DNA of 20,007 nucleotides from Thermotogota bacterium (lineage in GTDB: Bacteria; Bipolaricaulota; Bipolaricaulia; UBA7950; UBA9294), in assembly GCA_039679545.1 (NCBI GenBank), contig JBDKUT010000046.1, forward strand, positions 1 through 20,007, written 5' to 3'. Position numbers and translations under genes: made by a program. The notes under the pieces were generated by a model. It searched no databases and was not told the origin of the DNA. It worked only from the letters and a program-made list of their open reading frames with translations. Of this stretch, positions 1 through 8,813 are shown in pieces (position 1 is the first letter of the stretch; every line of letters starts with the position of its first letter).

Positions 1-1
1 A

Positions 2-655
2 TCACCCCATCGGCTCGCTCGTTGTGGGCCCAACAAATCCGCGGAACCTGTCGTCGTGGAGGTGCGCGTCGATGCTGTCCGGGTGGGGACTCCTGACGAG
101 CCGGCCTCGCGGGTACCCGATGGGAAGGAGCGTGGCGACTTCCCAATCGTCCGGCAGCTCGAGGAGCCTCTTGCCCTCTCGCGTATCGCCCGGAACAAGC
201 GTGCACCCGCCGACCCCGTCTTCGGCCAGCGACAGGAGGAGGTAGGCGATTCCCATCCAGATCGCAGCGTGCGCGTTCAGATCCGCGGGGTTTCTCGGCG
301 TGGCCTCGAGGCGCTTGGGTCGATAGGCGGGCACAAGGACGACGGGAGCCGACAGGAGCATCGTGCGCTGCACGGGGAGGGCTCGAAGGTAGATCCGCCG
401 AGCCTCCTCAGGCAACGGATCGAAAGCGGCGTGAAGCCTGGCGGGGTCGGAGGTGTCGCGGATCTCGAACGCATCGGCGAGGCGAATGCGAAGGTCCGGG
501 TCCCCGACGCGGAGAAACGCCCACTCCCAGAGGTGGTTGTACGCGGGTGCCCAAAGGGCCGCTCGGACGGCCTTACGAACGATTCCGGAGTCCACCGCGC
601 GGCTTTCGAAGCTGCGAAATGTCGTGCGCTCCTCGAGCGCTTGCCAGAGATCCAA
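2..655 (-). CDS. Nitroreductase-family FMN-binding oxidoreductase (~217 aa)
   Basis: N-terminus (M)DLWQALEERTTFRSF..V...IVRKAVRAALWAPAYNHLWEWAF matches the nitroreductase R.S.R.F / APS..N.QPW pattern, and the C-terminal LLPIGYP also fits. Start trimmed to TTG at 655, preceded by GGAGG. Stop TGA at 2-4. Confidence 0.85.
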   Translation of the reverse strand: MDLWQALEERTTFRSFESRAVDSGIVRKAVRAALWAPAYNHLWEWAFLRVGDPDLRIRLADAFEIRDTSDPARLHAAFDPLPEEARRIYLRALPVQRTMLLSAPVVLVPAYRPKRLEATPRNPADLNAHAAIWMGIAYLLLSLAEDGVGGCTLVPGDTREGKRLLELPDDWEVATLLPIGYPRGRLVRSPHPDSIDAHLHDDRFRGFVGPTTSEPMG

Positions 656-690
656 GGCCCCTCCATCGGCGGCTCCTGGTCGTGCGGCCG

Positions 691-2454
691 CTATGAGACT
701 CCCGCCGCGCCGTTCGCCTGGCGCTTTGCATCGTACATTCGCGCGTCGGCCTCCGACAGCACCGACTCGACCGCCCGCTCGCTCGTCGGGTCCCAATGAG
801 CGTAGCCGATCGACAGCGTAACGGGGAACGGAATCACGTCGTCCGTCCCGCAGCGGGCCTGTACGGCATCCAGAATGCGAGCTTTGACCAACTCGGTCTC
901 CCCGTTCGTCTCAAGGAGAACGGCGAGGAACTCGTCGCCCCCGTAGCGGACGACCAGGTCACACTCCCGTAGCGCGTCTTTCAGAAGAGAAGATACCCCC
1001 TGGAGTACGCGGTCGCCCGTCTGGTGTCCGAATCGATCGTTGATCTCCTTGAACCGGTCGACGTCGATCATCAAGAAGCCGATGGGGTGGGCGTAGCGCT
1101 TCGAACGCGCCAGCTCCTGCTCGATGACCTGGTTGAAGTAGCGGCGGTTGTAGACGCCGGTGAGCGGATCGCGGTTCGCCTGAGCGACCAGTTCCTCCTC
1201 GAGGCGGATCCTTGCGATGGCCTGCGCGGTGTGTCCGAGAAGGAGCTCGAGGAACCGAACGTCCTCCACCGTGAAGGCGTTCGCCTCCTCCGACGCAACC
1301 TGGAACACACCGACACTCCCGATCGGAGCGCTGATCCCTGACAAGAATCCGGCCTTTGTCGGCCGCGCCTCCGGGGCCTCCTCGGGGCGACCGAAGACGA
1401 TGGTCTGATGGGTGCGCAACGTCTTGGTGGCGAGGTTCCCCTCGGACAGCTTTGTGGCGACAGAGGCCTCCGGGGACAGTCCGGACGACGTCGCTCTTAC
1501 GACGAGCCGCTCGCCCTCGACGAGGTCGAGCGAACACAGACCAAATCGCAGGATGACCTGCGCAGCGTCGACGGTGGCGCGGCAGACGTCCCCCTCAGTT
1601 CGGCAGCCCTCAAGCAAGCTTGCCGCCTCGTGAAGTCGCTCGAGCTTGAGACGATCTTCCTCAAGCCTGCGCTCAGCCTCCAGCTGCTCATGAACATCTC
1701 TCACCACGGCGAGGAGATGGGGGGCACCCTGGAACACGAAGGGGCCGCCGTGCACCTCGACGTCCAGGGGCGTTCCGTCCTTGCAGAGGTTGATGGAGCG
1801 CGCGAGGAACCGCCCGGTTTTCTCGATCGAAGCGCGGAAGTTCGAAAAGCCGTGGTAGTAGTCGGGATGAATGATCGCCTTGGCCGGGAGTCCCACAAGC
1901 TCGCCGTCCGCGTAGCCGTACATTCGACACGCGTTGGGGTTCGTCTCGACGATGGTCCCTTCCACATCGAACACGAAGATCGCGTCGGTCGTAGACTCAA
2001 ATATGCTTCGGTAGCGCGCTTCACTCTCTGCGCGCTCTCTCTCCTTCCGAACTCGGTCGGTGATGTCGTGGTTGATCGAGATGTGGACGTCCCGGGGCTC
2101 GTGTTCGAAGGGAATAACGACAATCTCCTCCGTGTAGATCGTGCCGTCCTTCCGCTGTTTCCTCTCCACGAAACGGTCGCTCCCTCCAAGAGCCAGCCGC
2201 GCCTCAGCCGCCGCGGTATCGGGGACGTCACCTGTGGGAAGCATGTCGGCGGTGATGTTCTTGCCGACTAGTTCCTGCTTGGAGTACCCGGTTTGGCGCA
2301 CCGCGGCTGCGTTGCAGGCGAGGATCCTTCCGGACTCCGTGTCGACAAGATAGGCAGCATCCGTCATCGCTTCGAAAAGCTGAGCGAAGCGCTCCTCCAT
2401 AGTTGCCCGCGCACTTCCCGCGCCCGGCGGTGTCTTCGACGGCCTCGTCCGCAT
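691..2454 (-). CDS. PAS-PAS-GAF-GGDEF diguanylate cyclase (~587 aa)
   Basis: Two PAS/PAC repeats (N.AA....GYS..EL.G; RKDG / CKDG), a GAF-like segment (SAPIGSVGVFQVASEEANAFT), then DPLTGVYNRR, DVDRFKEINDRFGHQTGD and RYGGDEF with an RxxD I-site (RECD). Start is probably ATG 2454 (GGAG upstream); ATG 2400 is an alternative. Confidence 0.93.
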   Translation of the reverse strand: MRTRPSKTPPGAGSARATMEERFAQLFEAMTDAAYLVDTESGRILACNAAAVRQTGYSKQELVGKNITADMLPTGDVPDTAAAEARLALGGSDRFVERKQRKDGTIYTEEIVVIPFEHEPRDVHISINHDITDRVRKERERAESEARYRSIFESTTDAIFVFDVEGTIVETNPNACRMYGYADGELVGLPAKAIIHPDYYHGFSNFRASIEKTGRFLARSINLCKDGTPLDVEVHGGPFVFQGAPHLLAVVRDVHEQLEAERRLEEDRLKLERLHEAASLLEGCRTEGDVCRATVDAAQVILRFGLCSLDLVEGERLVVRATSSGLSPEASVATKLSEGNLATKTLRTHQTIVFGRPEEAPEARPTKAGFLSGISAPIGSVGVFQVASEEANAFTVEDVRFLELLLGHTAQAIARIRLEEELVAQANRDPLTGVYNRRYFNQVIEQELARSKRYAHPIGFLMIDVDRFKEINDRFGHQTGDRVLQGVSSLLKDALRECDLVVRYGGDEFLAVLLETNGETELVKARILDAVQARCGTDDVIPFPVTLSIGYAHWDPTSERAVESVLSEADARMYDAKRQANGAAGVS

Positions 2455-2573
2455 TCTCACTCCCGTGAGGAACCATTCTAGCTTCTCCTGCAAGCGCTGT
2501 GGAGTCGGCGCATCCGCTTCTCTGCTCAGATACCTCGGTCATCCTTGGGCACTCGTCGGCGACGGCGGATGAA

Positions 2574-2603
2574 TAGACTTTCGGGGAACCGGAGGTGTAC
2601 TCT
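2574..2603 (+). promoter_or_regulatory. Possible sigma70-type promoter for the kinase operon
   Basis: TAGACT (2574-2579), 18-nt spacer, TACTCT (2598-2603) in the divergent intergenic region. Weak match. Confidence 0.25.
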
Positions 2604-2707
2604 CGCAAAAGTCTGTCGATCATCCTGCGCATCCAGGATCGGGGTGAGAGGCCGAGACCGAGCGAACGCGACGTTGCATGCTTCAGAGTCCTGCGGGAGG
2701 TGGTGCC

Positions 2708-5458
2708 GTGGCGGCGAAGAGGACTCTTGTCGTTCTTGGCGTGCTCTCTTTGGCCGTTGCGCTCTCCGCTCTCGCTGACGTTGAGGTGCGCGTCGGCGTC
2801 TACGACAACCCCCCGAAGGTGTACATCGACGGCGCAGGGACCGCGCGGGGCCTCTTCCCGGAACTCGTGGACGCGATCGCCGCCCGTGAGGGGTGGACGA
2901 TCCACTACGTCGCCGGCACGTGGACGGAAGGACTGGCCCGCCTCGCAACAGGCGAGATCGACCTGATGGTCGATGTGGCCTACACACCCTCGCGGGCTGA
3001 CCTGTACGCCTTCACCCAAGAGACGGTCCTCGTCAACTGGGGCATCGTCTACGCCCGCAGAGGACTCGAGATCCCGGCGCTCCCGGACCTCGCCGGGCTT
3101 CGCGTGGCCGTGATGCGAGGAAGCACGCACACGGTCGATCCGGGGGGCATCGTTGACCTTGCCCATCGGTTTGCGATCTCGTGTACGTTCCTCGAGGTCG
3201 AAGACTACCCGGCCGTCTTCGACCTCCTGGATCGTGGGGAGGCCGACGCGGGCGTCGTAAACCGCGTCTTTGGCCTCGAGAACGAGTCGAAGTATGCGGT
3301 GGAGCGGACGCCTATCCTCTTCAACCCGAGCGAAATCCGCTTCGCGTTGCCGAAAGGGGGACCTCTCACCCCATTGCTGATCGAGCGGATCGACGCGGAC
3401 TTGGTGCAGTGGAAGGCAGACCCGAAGTCTCCCTACTACTCGGCGCTCGACCGCCATCTCTTTGCATCCGAAAAGCCCGTGACCGTCTTCCGGTGGCCTC
3501 CGTGGCTCCTCCCCACGCTCGCGGCGGCCGCGGCCGTGATTGCGGCCCTGGCCGTAGCCGTCGTTGCCGTGCGCCACAACGTTCGCCAGCGAACTCTCGC
3601 CGAGGAGGCCCTGCTGAAGAGCGAGGAGCGATTCGAGCTCGCCATGCGGGGTGCGAACGACGGGGTTTGGGATTGGGACATTCTCGCTGACAAGGCCTAC
3701 TACTCCCCTCGGTGGGCCAGCATGCTTGGCTACACGCGGGAAGAGATGGAGAGGGAGGTCAGCGAGTTCCGCTCTCTGGTACACCCGGACGATCGCGAGC
3801 GCATTCAGAAGCTCGAGGAGGACTACCTTGCCGGCCGGACCGACCGCTACGAAACGGAATTCCGCATGCGTCACCGGCAGGGACACTACGTCCACATCCT
3901 GTCCCGCGCATTCCTCGTCCGCCGCGAATCGGACGGAGCGCCGGTGCGCATGGTGGGGACGCACGTCGACATCACCGCGCGCCGGGTCGCCGAGGAAGCG
4001 CTGCGCCGAAGCGAGGCGTACCTGCGAACCCTGATTGAGAACATGCCCATCGACTTTTGGGCCCTCGACCGGGATCTCCGGTACACGATGCAGAGTCCGA
4101 CGAGTCGTGCCGCGGTTGGAGACGTGGTCGGCGTCCGAGCCGACGAGATCGATGTCCCCGGTTCCTTGCGAGACACGTGGATCGATGAAAACCGCCGCGC
4201 CCTCGCCGGCGAGGCCGTGCAGAGTGAATACGACATCGTGACCAAGTCGGGAGAGGTTCGGACGTACCTCTCGAACGTCGCACCTGTACGCGTAGGGGGA
4301 GAGATCGAAGCGCTGATCGGGACCTCCATGGACATCACGAACCGACGGGTCGTCGAGGAGGCGCTCCGGAAGAGCGAAGCCTACCTCCGGACGATCATCG
4401 AGAACATCCCCGTCGACTTCTTCTCGATTGACCGCGATCTCCGCTACACGATGCAGAGCCCGACCAGCAAGGCGACGATCGGCGATCTGATCGGACGCCG
4501 GGTCGACGAGGTCGGCATTCCGGAACCGTACCGGGATCGGTGGTTGGGTGAGCTACGCAGAGTTCTGGCGGGGGAAAACCTGCAGACCGAGTACGACCTT
4601 CTCGGCGCGAGCGGGGAAGTTCGAACGTACCAGACGAATGCAGCTCCCGTCCGTGTGGACGGCATTCCGGTCGCCGTTGTGGGGACGTCGATCGACATCA
4701 CCGAGCGAACGCGGGCCGCTCAGGAACTCCAACTCGCCAAGGAGAGGGCCGAGGCCGCCGATCACCTCAAGTCTGCATTCCTCGCCACGATGTCGCACGA
4801 GCTTCGGACGCCGCTCAACTCGATCATCGGCTTCACCGGGATCCTCCTTCAGGAGCTTGCCGGCCCGCTGAACGACGAGCAAAAGAAGCAGCTCTCCATG
4901 GTGCAGACAAGTGCCCGGCATCTCTTAGCGCTGATCAACGACGTTCTGGACATCTCGAAGATCGAGGCCGGACAGATGAAAGTCGAAGAGACTCCGTTTT
5001 CCCTTCCCGAACTCGTCGTCGAGGTCTCGGGAGTCGCGCGCCCGTTGGCCGAGAAGAAGGGGCTCGCGCTGCACGTTGAGGTCGCCGCCGACGTGAGCAT
5101 CCTACGAAGCGATCGGCGACGCGTCGGCCAGATTCTGATGAACCTCCTATCGAACGCCGTGAAGTTCACGTCATCCGGCCAGGTCCGCGTCGACTGCCGG
5201 ATCGACGGAGACTGGGCCGTTGTGTCGGTCGCGGACACCGGGATCGGCATGACGAAGGAGGCCCTCGCCAAGCTGTTCGTCCCTTTCCAGCAGGTGGACT
5301 CAGGACTGGCGCGCAACTACGAAGGAACGGGGCTTGGGCTGTCAATCTCGAAGCGCCTGGTGACCTTGCTCGGCGGCGACATCGCGGTGGAAAGCGAGGC
5401 GGGCCGTGGGAGCACGTTCACGTTCCGGTTGCCGGTGCTGGGGAGTCGAACATCATGA
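2708..5458 (+). CDS. Membrane sensor histidine kinase: signal peptide, extracytoplasmic solute-binding (family 3-like) domain, TM helix, 3 PAS domains, HisKA, HATPase (~916 aa)
   Basis: GTG at 2708 after GGAGG. Signal peptide KRTLVVLGVLSLAVALSALA; SBP motifs (VRVGVYDNPP, LATGEIDL, DLAGLRVAV, LDRGEADAG); TM LLPTLAAAAAVIAALAVAVVAV; H-box FLATMSHELRTPLNSIIG; N box NLLSNAVKFT; G boxes DTGIG and GTGLGL. Confidence 0.95.
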   Translation: MAAKRTLVVLGVLSLAVALSALADVEVRVGVYDNPPKVYIDGAGTARGLFPELVDAIAAREGWTIHYVAGTWTEGLARLATGEIDLMVDVAYTPSRADLYAFTQETVLVNWGIVYARRGLEIPALPDLAGLRVAVMRGSTHTVDPGGIVDLAHRFAISCTFLEVEDYPAVFDLLDRGEADAGVVNRVFGLENESKYAVERTPILFNPSEIRFALPKGGPLTPLLIERIDADLVQWKADPKSPYYSALDRHLFASEKPVTVFRWPPWLLPTLAAAAAVIAALAVAVVAVRHNVRQRTLAEEALLKSEERFELAMRGANDGVWDWDILADKAYYSPRWASMLGYTREEMEREVSEFRSLVHPDDRERIQKLEEDYLAGRTDRYETEFRMRHRQGHYVHILSRAFLVRRESDGAPVRMVGTHVDITARRVAEEALRRSEAYLRTLIENMPIDFWALDRDLRYTMQSPTSRAAVGDVVGVRADEIDVPGSLRDTWIDENRRALAGEAVQSEYDIVTKSGEVRTYLSNVAPVRVGGEIEALIGTSMDITNRRVVEEALRKSEAYLRTIIENIPVDFFSIDRDLRYTMQSPTSKATIGDLIGRRVDEVGIPEPYRDRWLGELRRVLAGENLQTEYDLLGASGEVRTYQTNAAPVRVDGIPVAVVGTSIDITERTRAAQELQLAKERAEAADHLKSAFLATMSHELRTPLNSIIGFTGILLQELAGPLNDEQKKQLSMVQTSARHLLALINDVLDISKIEAGQMKVEETPFSLPELVVEVSGVARPLAEKKGLALHVEVAADVSILRSDRRRVGQILMNLLSNAVKFTSSGQVRVDCRIDGDWAVVSVADTGIGMTKEALAKLFVPFQQVDSGLARNYEGTGLGLSISKRLVTLLGGDIAVESEAGRGSTFTFRLPVLGSRTS
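3989..4714 (+). repeat. Intragenic tandem duplication of a PAS module (363-bp period)
   Basis: EEALRRSEAYLRTLIENMPIDFWALDRDLRYTMQSPTS versus EEALRKSEAYLRTIIENIPVDFFSIDRDLRYTMQSPTS. DNA gatctccg(g/c)tacacgatgcagag occurs at 4073 and 4436. Boundaries are approximate. Confidence 0.85.
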
Positions 5459-5880
5459 AGCGCAAAGCTCTCATCATCGAGGACAACGAACAGAATCTGT
5501 ACTTGATGAGCTACCTTCTTACGAGGCACGAATTTGAGGTGGTCACGGCTTGCGACGGGAGGGAAGGAATCGAGACCGCACGAAGGGAGAACCCGGACAT
5601 CATCCTGCTCGACATCCAACTCCCGGGGATGACAGGATACGACGTCGCACGAGAGATGCGTCGGGATCCGCGGCTTGCGCCCGTGCCGATGGTAGCCGTG
5701 ACGTCGTACGCCATGCCGGGAGACAGGGAGCTGGTTCTCGCCGCGGGGTGCACGGGGTACATCGAGAAACCGATCAATCCCGAGACGTTTATCACGCAGA
5801 TTGAGGTCTACCTTGCACACGACAGGAGAGTCCCTCGCCCGGGACGGGAAGGAGAGAGCGATGAAGATCCTGGTGGTTGA
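5455..5880 (+). CDS. Single-domain response regulator (DivK-like receiver, 141 aa)
   Basis: LIIEDN, IILLDIQLP (phosphoacceptor Asp), AVTSYAMPGDRE, YIEKPI. ATGA overlap with the kinase stop codon suggests translational coupling. Confidence 0.93.
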   Translation: MKRKALIIEDNEQNLYLMSYLLTRHEFEVVTACDGREGIETARRENPDIILLDIQLPGMTGYDVAREMRRDPRLAPVPMVAVTSYAMPGDRELVLAAGCTGYIEKPINPETFITQIEVYLAHDRRVPRPGREGESDEDPGG

Positions 5881-7555
5881 CGACAAAGAAGACGCCCGGT
5901 ACCTCCTGTCGGCGCTCTTGACCGGACACGGGCATCAGGTTCTCATCGCTACGAACGGTGAGGAGGCCCTGGAGAAGGCGCGCGCCGATACGCCCGACCT
6001 CATCATCTCCGACATCCTCATGCCGGTGATGGACGGTTTCCGGCTGTGTCGAGAAATTCGGAAGGATCAAGCACTCCACGACAAGCTCTTTGTCTTCTAC
6101 ACCGCGACGTATACCCAGGACAGCGACGCCGACTTCGCGATGAAGCTCGGCGCAGACGATTTCATCTGCAAGCCCACCGAACCCAGCGCCTTCCTCGCTC
6201 GAATCGAGGCCGTCGTCGAGAAGGCGGCCCAAGGGGCGACGGCCCGCGAGCCGGCGCCCATCCAAGAGACCGAGGTCCTTCGTCTGTACAGCGACCGGCT
6301 TGTCGAGAAACTGGAGAAGCGATCCCTTGAGCTGCAGAAGGAGTTGGCTCGTCGGCAGCAGGCCGAGGAAACACTGCGGCGACACGCCAAGCGGCTCGAG
6401 ATTCTGCGCGACATCGACATTGCCATCCTCGAGGCCCGTTCCCCGGAATCCGTGGCGCAGGTCGCCGCCCGCGCGTTGCAGGCCATCCTCCTGAGCACAC
6501 AAGTCACCGTCGCCACGTTCAACCTCGAAAAGCAGGAGGCGACAATCATCGCCCTGGAGGGCATCGGGAAGGCCGTCATGCAGGTCGGGGAGGTTGTGCC
6601 GATCGAGCTTCTCGGGGTCGTCGACGAGCTTGCACGGGGAGCCGTGCGCCGGGTCGACGATGTCGAAGCGCTCGGACAGCTTTCTCGAAAGCAGGAGATC
6701 CTCCACGAAGCAGGAATCCGCTCGTACCTTGTGGCGCCGCTCCGCGCTCGCGGAGAGTTGATTGGCTCGATCAACGTCGGGTTCTCGTTGCCGAACGGGG
6801 CGTCGGACGACGCTGTGCAAGCGGCCGAGGACCTCGCCAACCAACTTGCCGTCGCCCTTCGCCAGGCGCAGCTTCGCCAGCATGTCGAACGCCAAGCGCT
6901 GGAACTCGAACAGGACGTGAAGGAACTCATCGAGGCCAAGGCAAAGACGGAAGAGAGCTATCGCCAGCTTGCTCGGACTCTCAACCAGACGGTCGAGGCT
7001 TTGGCGGCGGCCATCGAGGTCCGGGATTCCTACACGGCCGGGCACCAGCGGAGGGTGACCGAACTCGCCGTGGCCATCGCGGAGAGGATCGGCCTGCCGG
7101 GCGAGGCGCTCCAAGGCCTGCGCGTAGCCAGCGTCGTGCACGACATCGGAAAGCTCGCTGTCCCCGCGGAGCTCCTGAGCAAGCCGTCGAAACTGACGAC
7201 GACGGAGTTCAGGCTCATCCAGACCCATCCGGACGTCGCCCGGGAGATCCTAAGCTCAATCGAGTTTCCGTGGCCCGTCGCAAGCATCGTCTCGCAGCAT
7301 CACGAGCGCATGGACGGGAGCGGGTATCCCCTCGGACTCCCCGGCGACAAGATCCTCCTCGAGGCGCGAATCCTCGCTGTGGCTGACGTCGTCGAAGCAA
7401 TGGTCTCGCACCGGCCGTACCGTCCCGCTCTCGGAGTCGACGCGGCGCTCAGCGAGATCCGAGCTGGACGAGGCACGCGGTATGATCCGAACGCCGCCGA
7501 CGCCTGTATCGCGCTGTTCGAGGCTGGAGAGTTCCATTTCGGAAGTTCGGCGTAG
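5861..7555 (+). CDS. REC-GAF-HD-GYP c-di-GMP phosphodiesterase (~564 aa)
   Basis: ATG 5861 after GGAGAG. Receiver motifs KILVVDD, ISDILMP and FICKP; GAF (GIRSYLVAPLRARGELIG); HD-GYP motifs RDSYTAGHQRRV, HDIGK, HHERMDGSGYP, ADVVEAM.SHRPYR. Confidence 0.93.
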   Translation: MKILVVDDKEDARYLLSALLTGHGHQVLIATNGEEALEKARADTPDLIISDILMPVMDGFRLCREIRKDQALHDKLFVFYTATYTQDSDADFAMKLGADDFICKPTEPSAFLARIEAVVEKAAQGATAREPAPIQETEVLRLYSDRLVEKLEKRSLELQKELARRQQAEETLRRHAKRLEILRDIDIAILEARSPESVAQVAARALQAILLSTQVTVATFNLEKQEATIIALEGIGKAVMQVGEVVPIELLGVVDELARGAVRRVDDVEALGQLSRKQEILHEAGIRSYLVAPLRARGELIGSINVGFSLPNGASDDAVQAAEDLANQLAVALRQAQLRQHVERQALELEQDVKELIEAKAKTEESYRQLARTLNQTVEALAAAIEVRDSYTAGHQRRVTELAVAIAERIGLPGEALQGLRVASVVHDIGKLAVPAELLSKPSKLTTTEFRLIQTHPDVAREILSSIEFPWPVASIVSQHHERMDGSGYPLGLPGDKILLEARILAVADVVEAMVSHRPYRPALGVDAALSEIRAGRGTRYDPNAADACIALFEAGEFHFGSSA

Positions 7556-7585
7556 CTCTTCGCGGCGCCGGCGAGTTCCTCGAGA

Positions 7586-8686
7586 CTACAGGAATCCGTC
7601 GGGAATCACGACACCGAAAACGCAGGAGTCCTTGCCCTCGAGCATCGTCTGAATCAGGCGCACTTCAGGAGTCTCGCCGAAGACAATGGCCCATTCCTGG
7701 GCGTACCAGCCGCCGGAGCAGTGACAGAACGTGCGGGACACTCGATCGCCACGGCGGATCGCGTCGCGAACGAGAGGGCAGAAGCAGGCCTCGTACCGCT
7801 TCTCGGCCGGCGTCTGGGCCTTCTCGTACTCCTCCGGCCGCGCCGGCCGACGCTCGATCATGATCCTAGGCTCGGAGCCGGACTCGTCAATCCAGTAGTT
7901 GCTTCCGAGCAGCTTCTCGTCGGTGATCCTCGCCACCAGCTTGCGGAGATCCTTACCGACCTCTTTCCATGCGGCTTCGAGGATCATCCCACTCTGAACG
8001 ATGTAGTGGTGGGCACAGCGGTTGAGGATGCAGGCTCGATCGCGGTCGGCAGGGACCTCGCGGTCAAGACGGTCGATCGCTTCCGGGATCCACGACACGA
8101 CACGTCCCCCGTCGAGCGCTTCCGCCATCCCCTCGCTTCCTGCCATCACCCGGCGTGCTGCTTCGGGTCCGGCGATCCGCTTCGTCCCCTGTTCGAGCGC
8201 CTCGAGCCACATCGGCGTGTGGTAGGAGTACTGAACCTCGGTCACGTACTGGTCCGTTCGATCTCCGTGCGTCTCCGCACCTTCGTGGTAGAGAAACCGC
8301 TCCGGATCGTCACCGACGAGGATCTGGCGTTCGTTCACAAACTGCACGAGCTTCTTGCGCGTGTCGATCAGGTTCGTCCCTTCGGCGCCGCCGACGACGG
8401 GTCCGACGTGGGTGACCGAGAACACCGGTAGCCCCGGTAGGGTCTTCGCCGTGAAGCCGCTCAGCCGCCCGGCCTTTGTCACGGGGAACGTAATCTCCAC
8501 GTCGATCTTCCCGCCGCGCGGGAACCCGAGGCGCAGGGCTATGGGTGGGCCGGCGAGGACGTCAGCGACCGCCGGACGCAGCTCCGCGATGGCGGCAAGA
8601 ATCCCTTCCTGCCCCGCAACTTGTCGAAGCGTTGCAAGAACCTGCCGCGGCGCGACGCGTTTCACCGTGATCCCGGACGTCTCCAT
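7586..8686 (-). CDS. GyrI-like small-molecule-binding domain fused to a Cys-rich V4R/DUF6144-like domain (366 aa)
   Basis: N-half resembles GyrI-like effector domains (ITVKRV.P.QVLA, DVEITFPV, SVTHVGP, ERFLY...YVTEVQY). C-half has CAH, CFCP, FCHCSGGW and FGETPEVRLIQTMLEGKDSCVF. RBS GGGAGG. Confidence 0.65.
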   Translation of the reverse strand: METSGITVKRVAPRQVLATLRQVAGQEGILAAIAELRPAVADVLAGPPIALRLGFPRGGKIDVEITFPVTKAGRLSGFTAKTLPGLPVFSVTHVGPVVGGAEGTNLIDTRKKLVQFVNERQILVGDDPERFLYHEGAETHGDRTDQYVTEVQYSYHTPMWLEALEQGTKRIAGPEAARRVMAGSEGMAEALDGGRVVSWIPEAIDRLDREVPADRDRACILNRCAHHYIVQSGMILEAAWKEVGKDLRKLVARITDEKLLGSNYWIDESGSEPRIMIERRPARPEEYEKAQTPAEKRYEACFCPLVRDAIRRGDRVSRTFCHCSGGWYAQEWAIVFGETPEVRLIQTMLEGKDSCVFGVVIPDGFL

Positions 8687-8704
8687 CGTCTACCTCCCCA
8701 GAAC

Positions 8705-8729
8705 CGTGCCGAGGACCCCGCTCGGCACG
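8705..8729. promoter_or_regulatory. Perfect 9-bp inverted repeat in the divergent intergenic region (operator or 5'UTR hairpin)
   Basis: cgtgccgag-N7-ctcggcacg, just upstream of the RBS of the 8686 gene. The repeat is directly visible; its function is unknown. Confidence 0.4.
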
Positions 8730-8813
8730 AATCAGTATCCCCCGGCAGCGTCTCAGGATCGTCCCGAGCCCGAGAGCGTTGCGCCGCGGGGCGCGGACCG
8801 AGATCATGACGCC

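Noticed and set aside
5861..5880. Receiver C-terminus EDPGG resembling the connectase KDPGA site or a di-Gly tag
   Set aside because: It is a by-product of the 20-nt overlap with the start of the next gene (MKILVVD in another frame).
2228..7228. Long antisense ORFs (2228-3964, 5792-7228) and many other alternative-frame ORFs across the window
   Set aside because: They shadow well-supported genes, have no recognisable motifs, and are expected in GC-rich DNA where stop codons are scarce.
8608..8626. Cobalamin riboswitch-like ctgccccgcaac
   Set aside because: It lies inside a coding sequence, and the other cobalamin riboswitch elements are not present.
8355..8813. N-terminal extension of the GNAT ORF (similar extensions at 656-796, 11052-11252 and 11624-11995)
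   Set aside because: Most overlap neighbouring genes, and domain similarity and start signals begin at the downstream starts.
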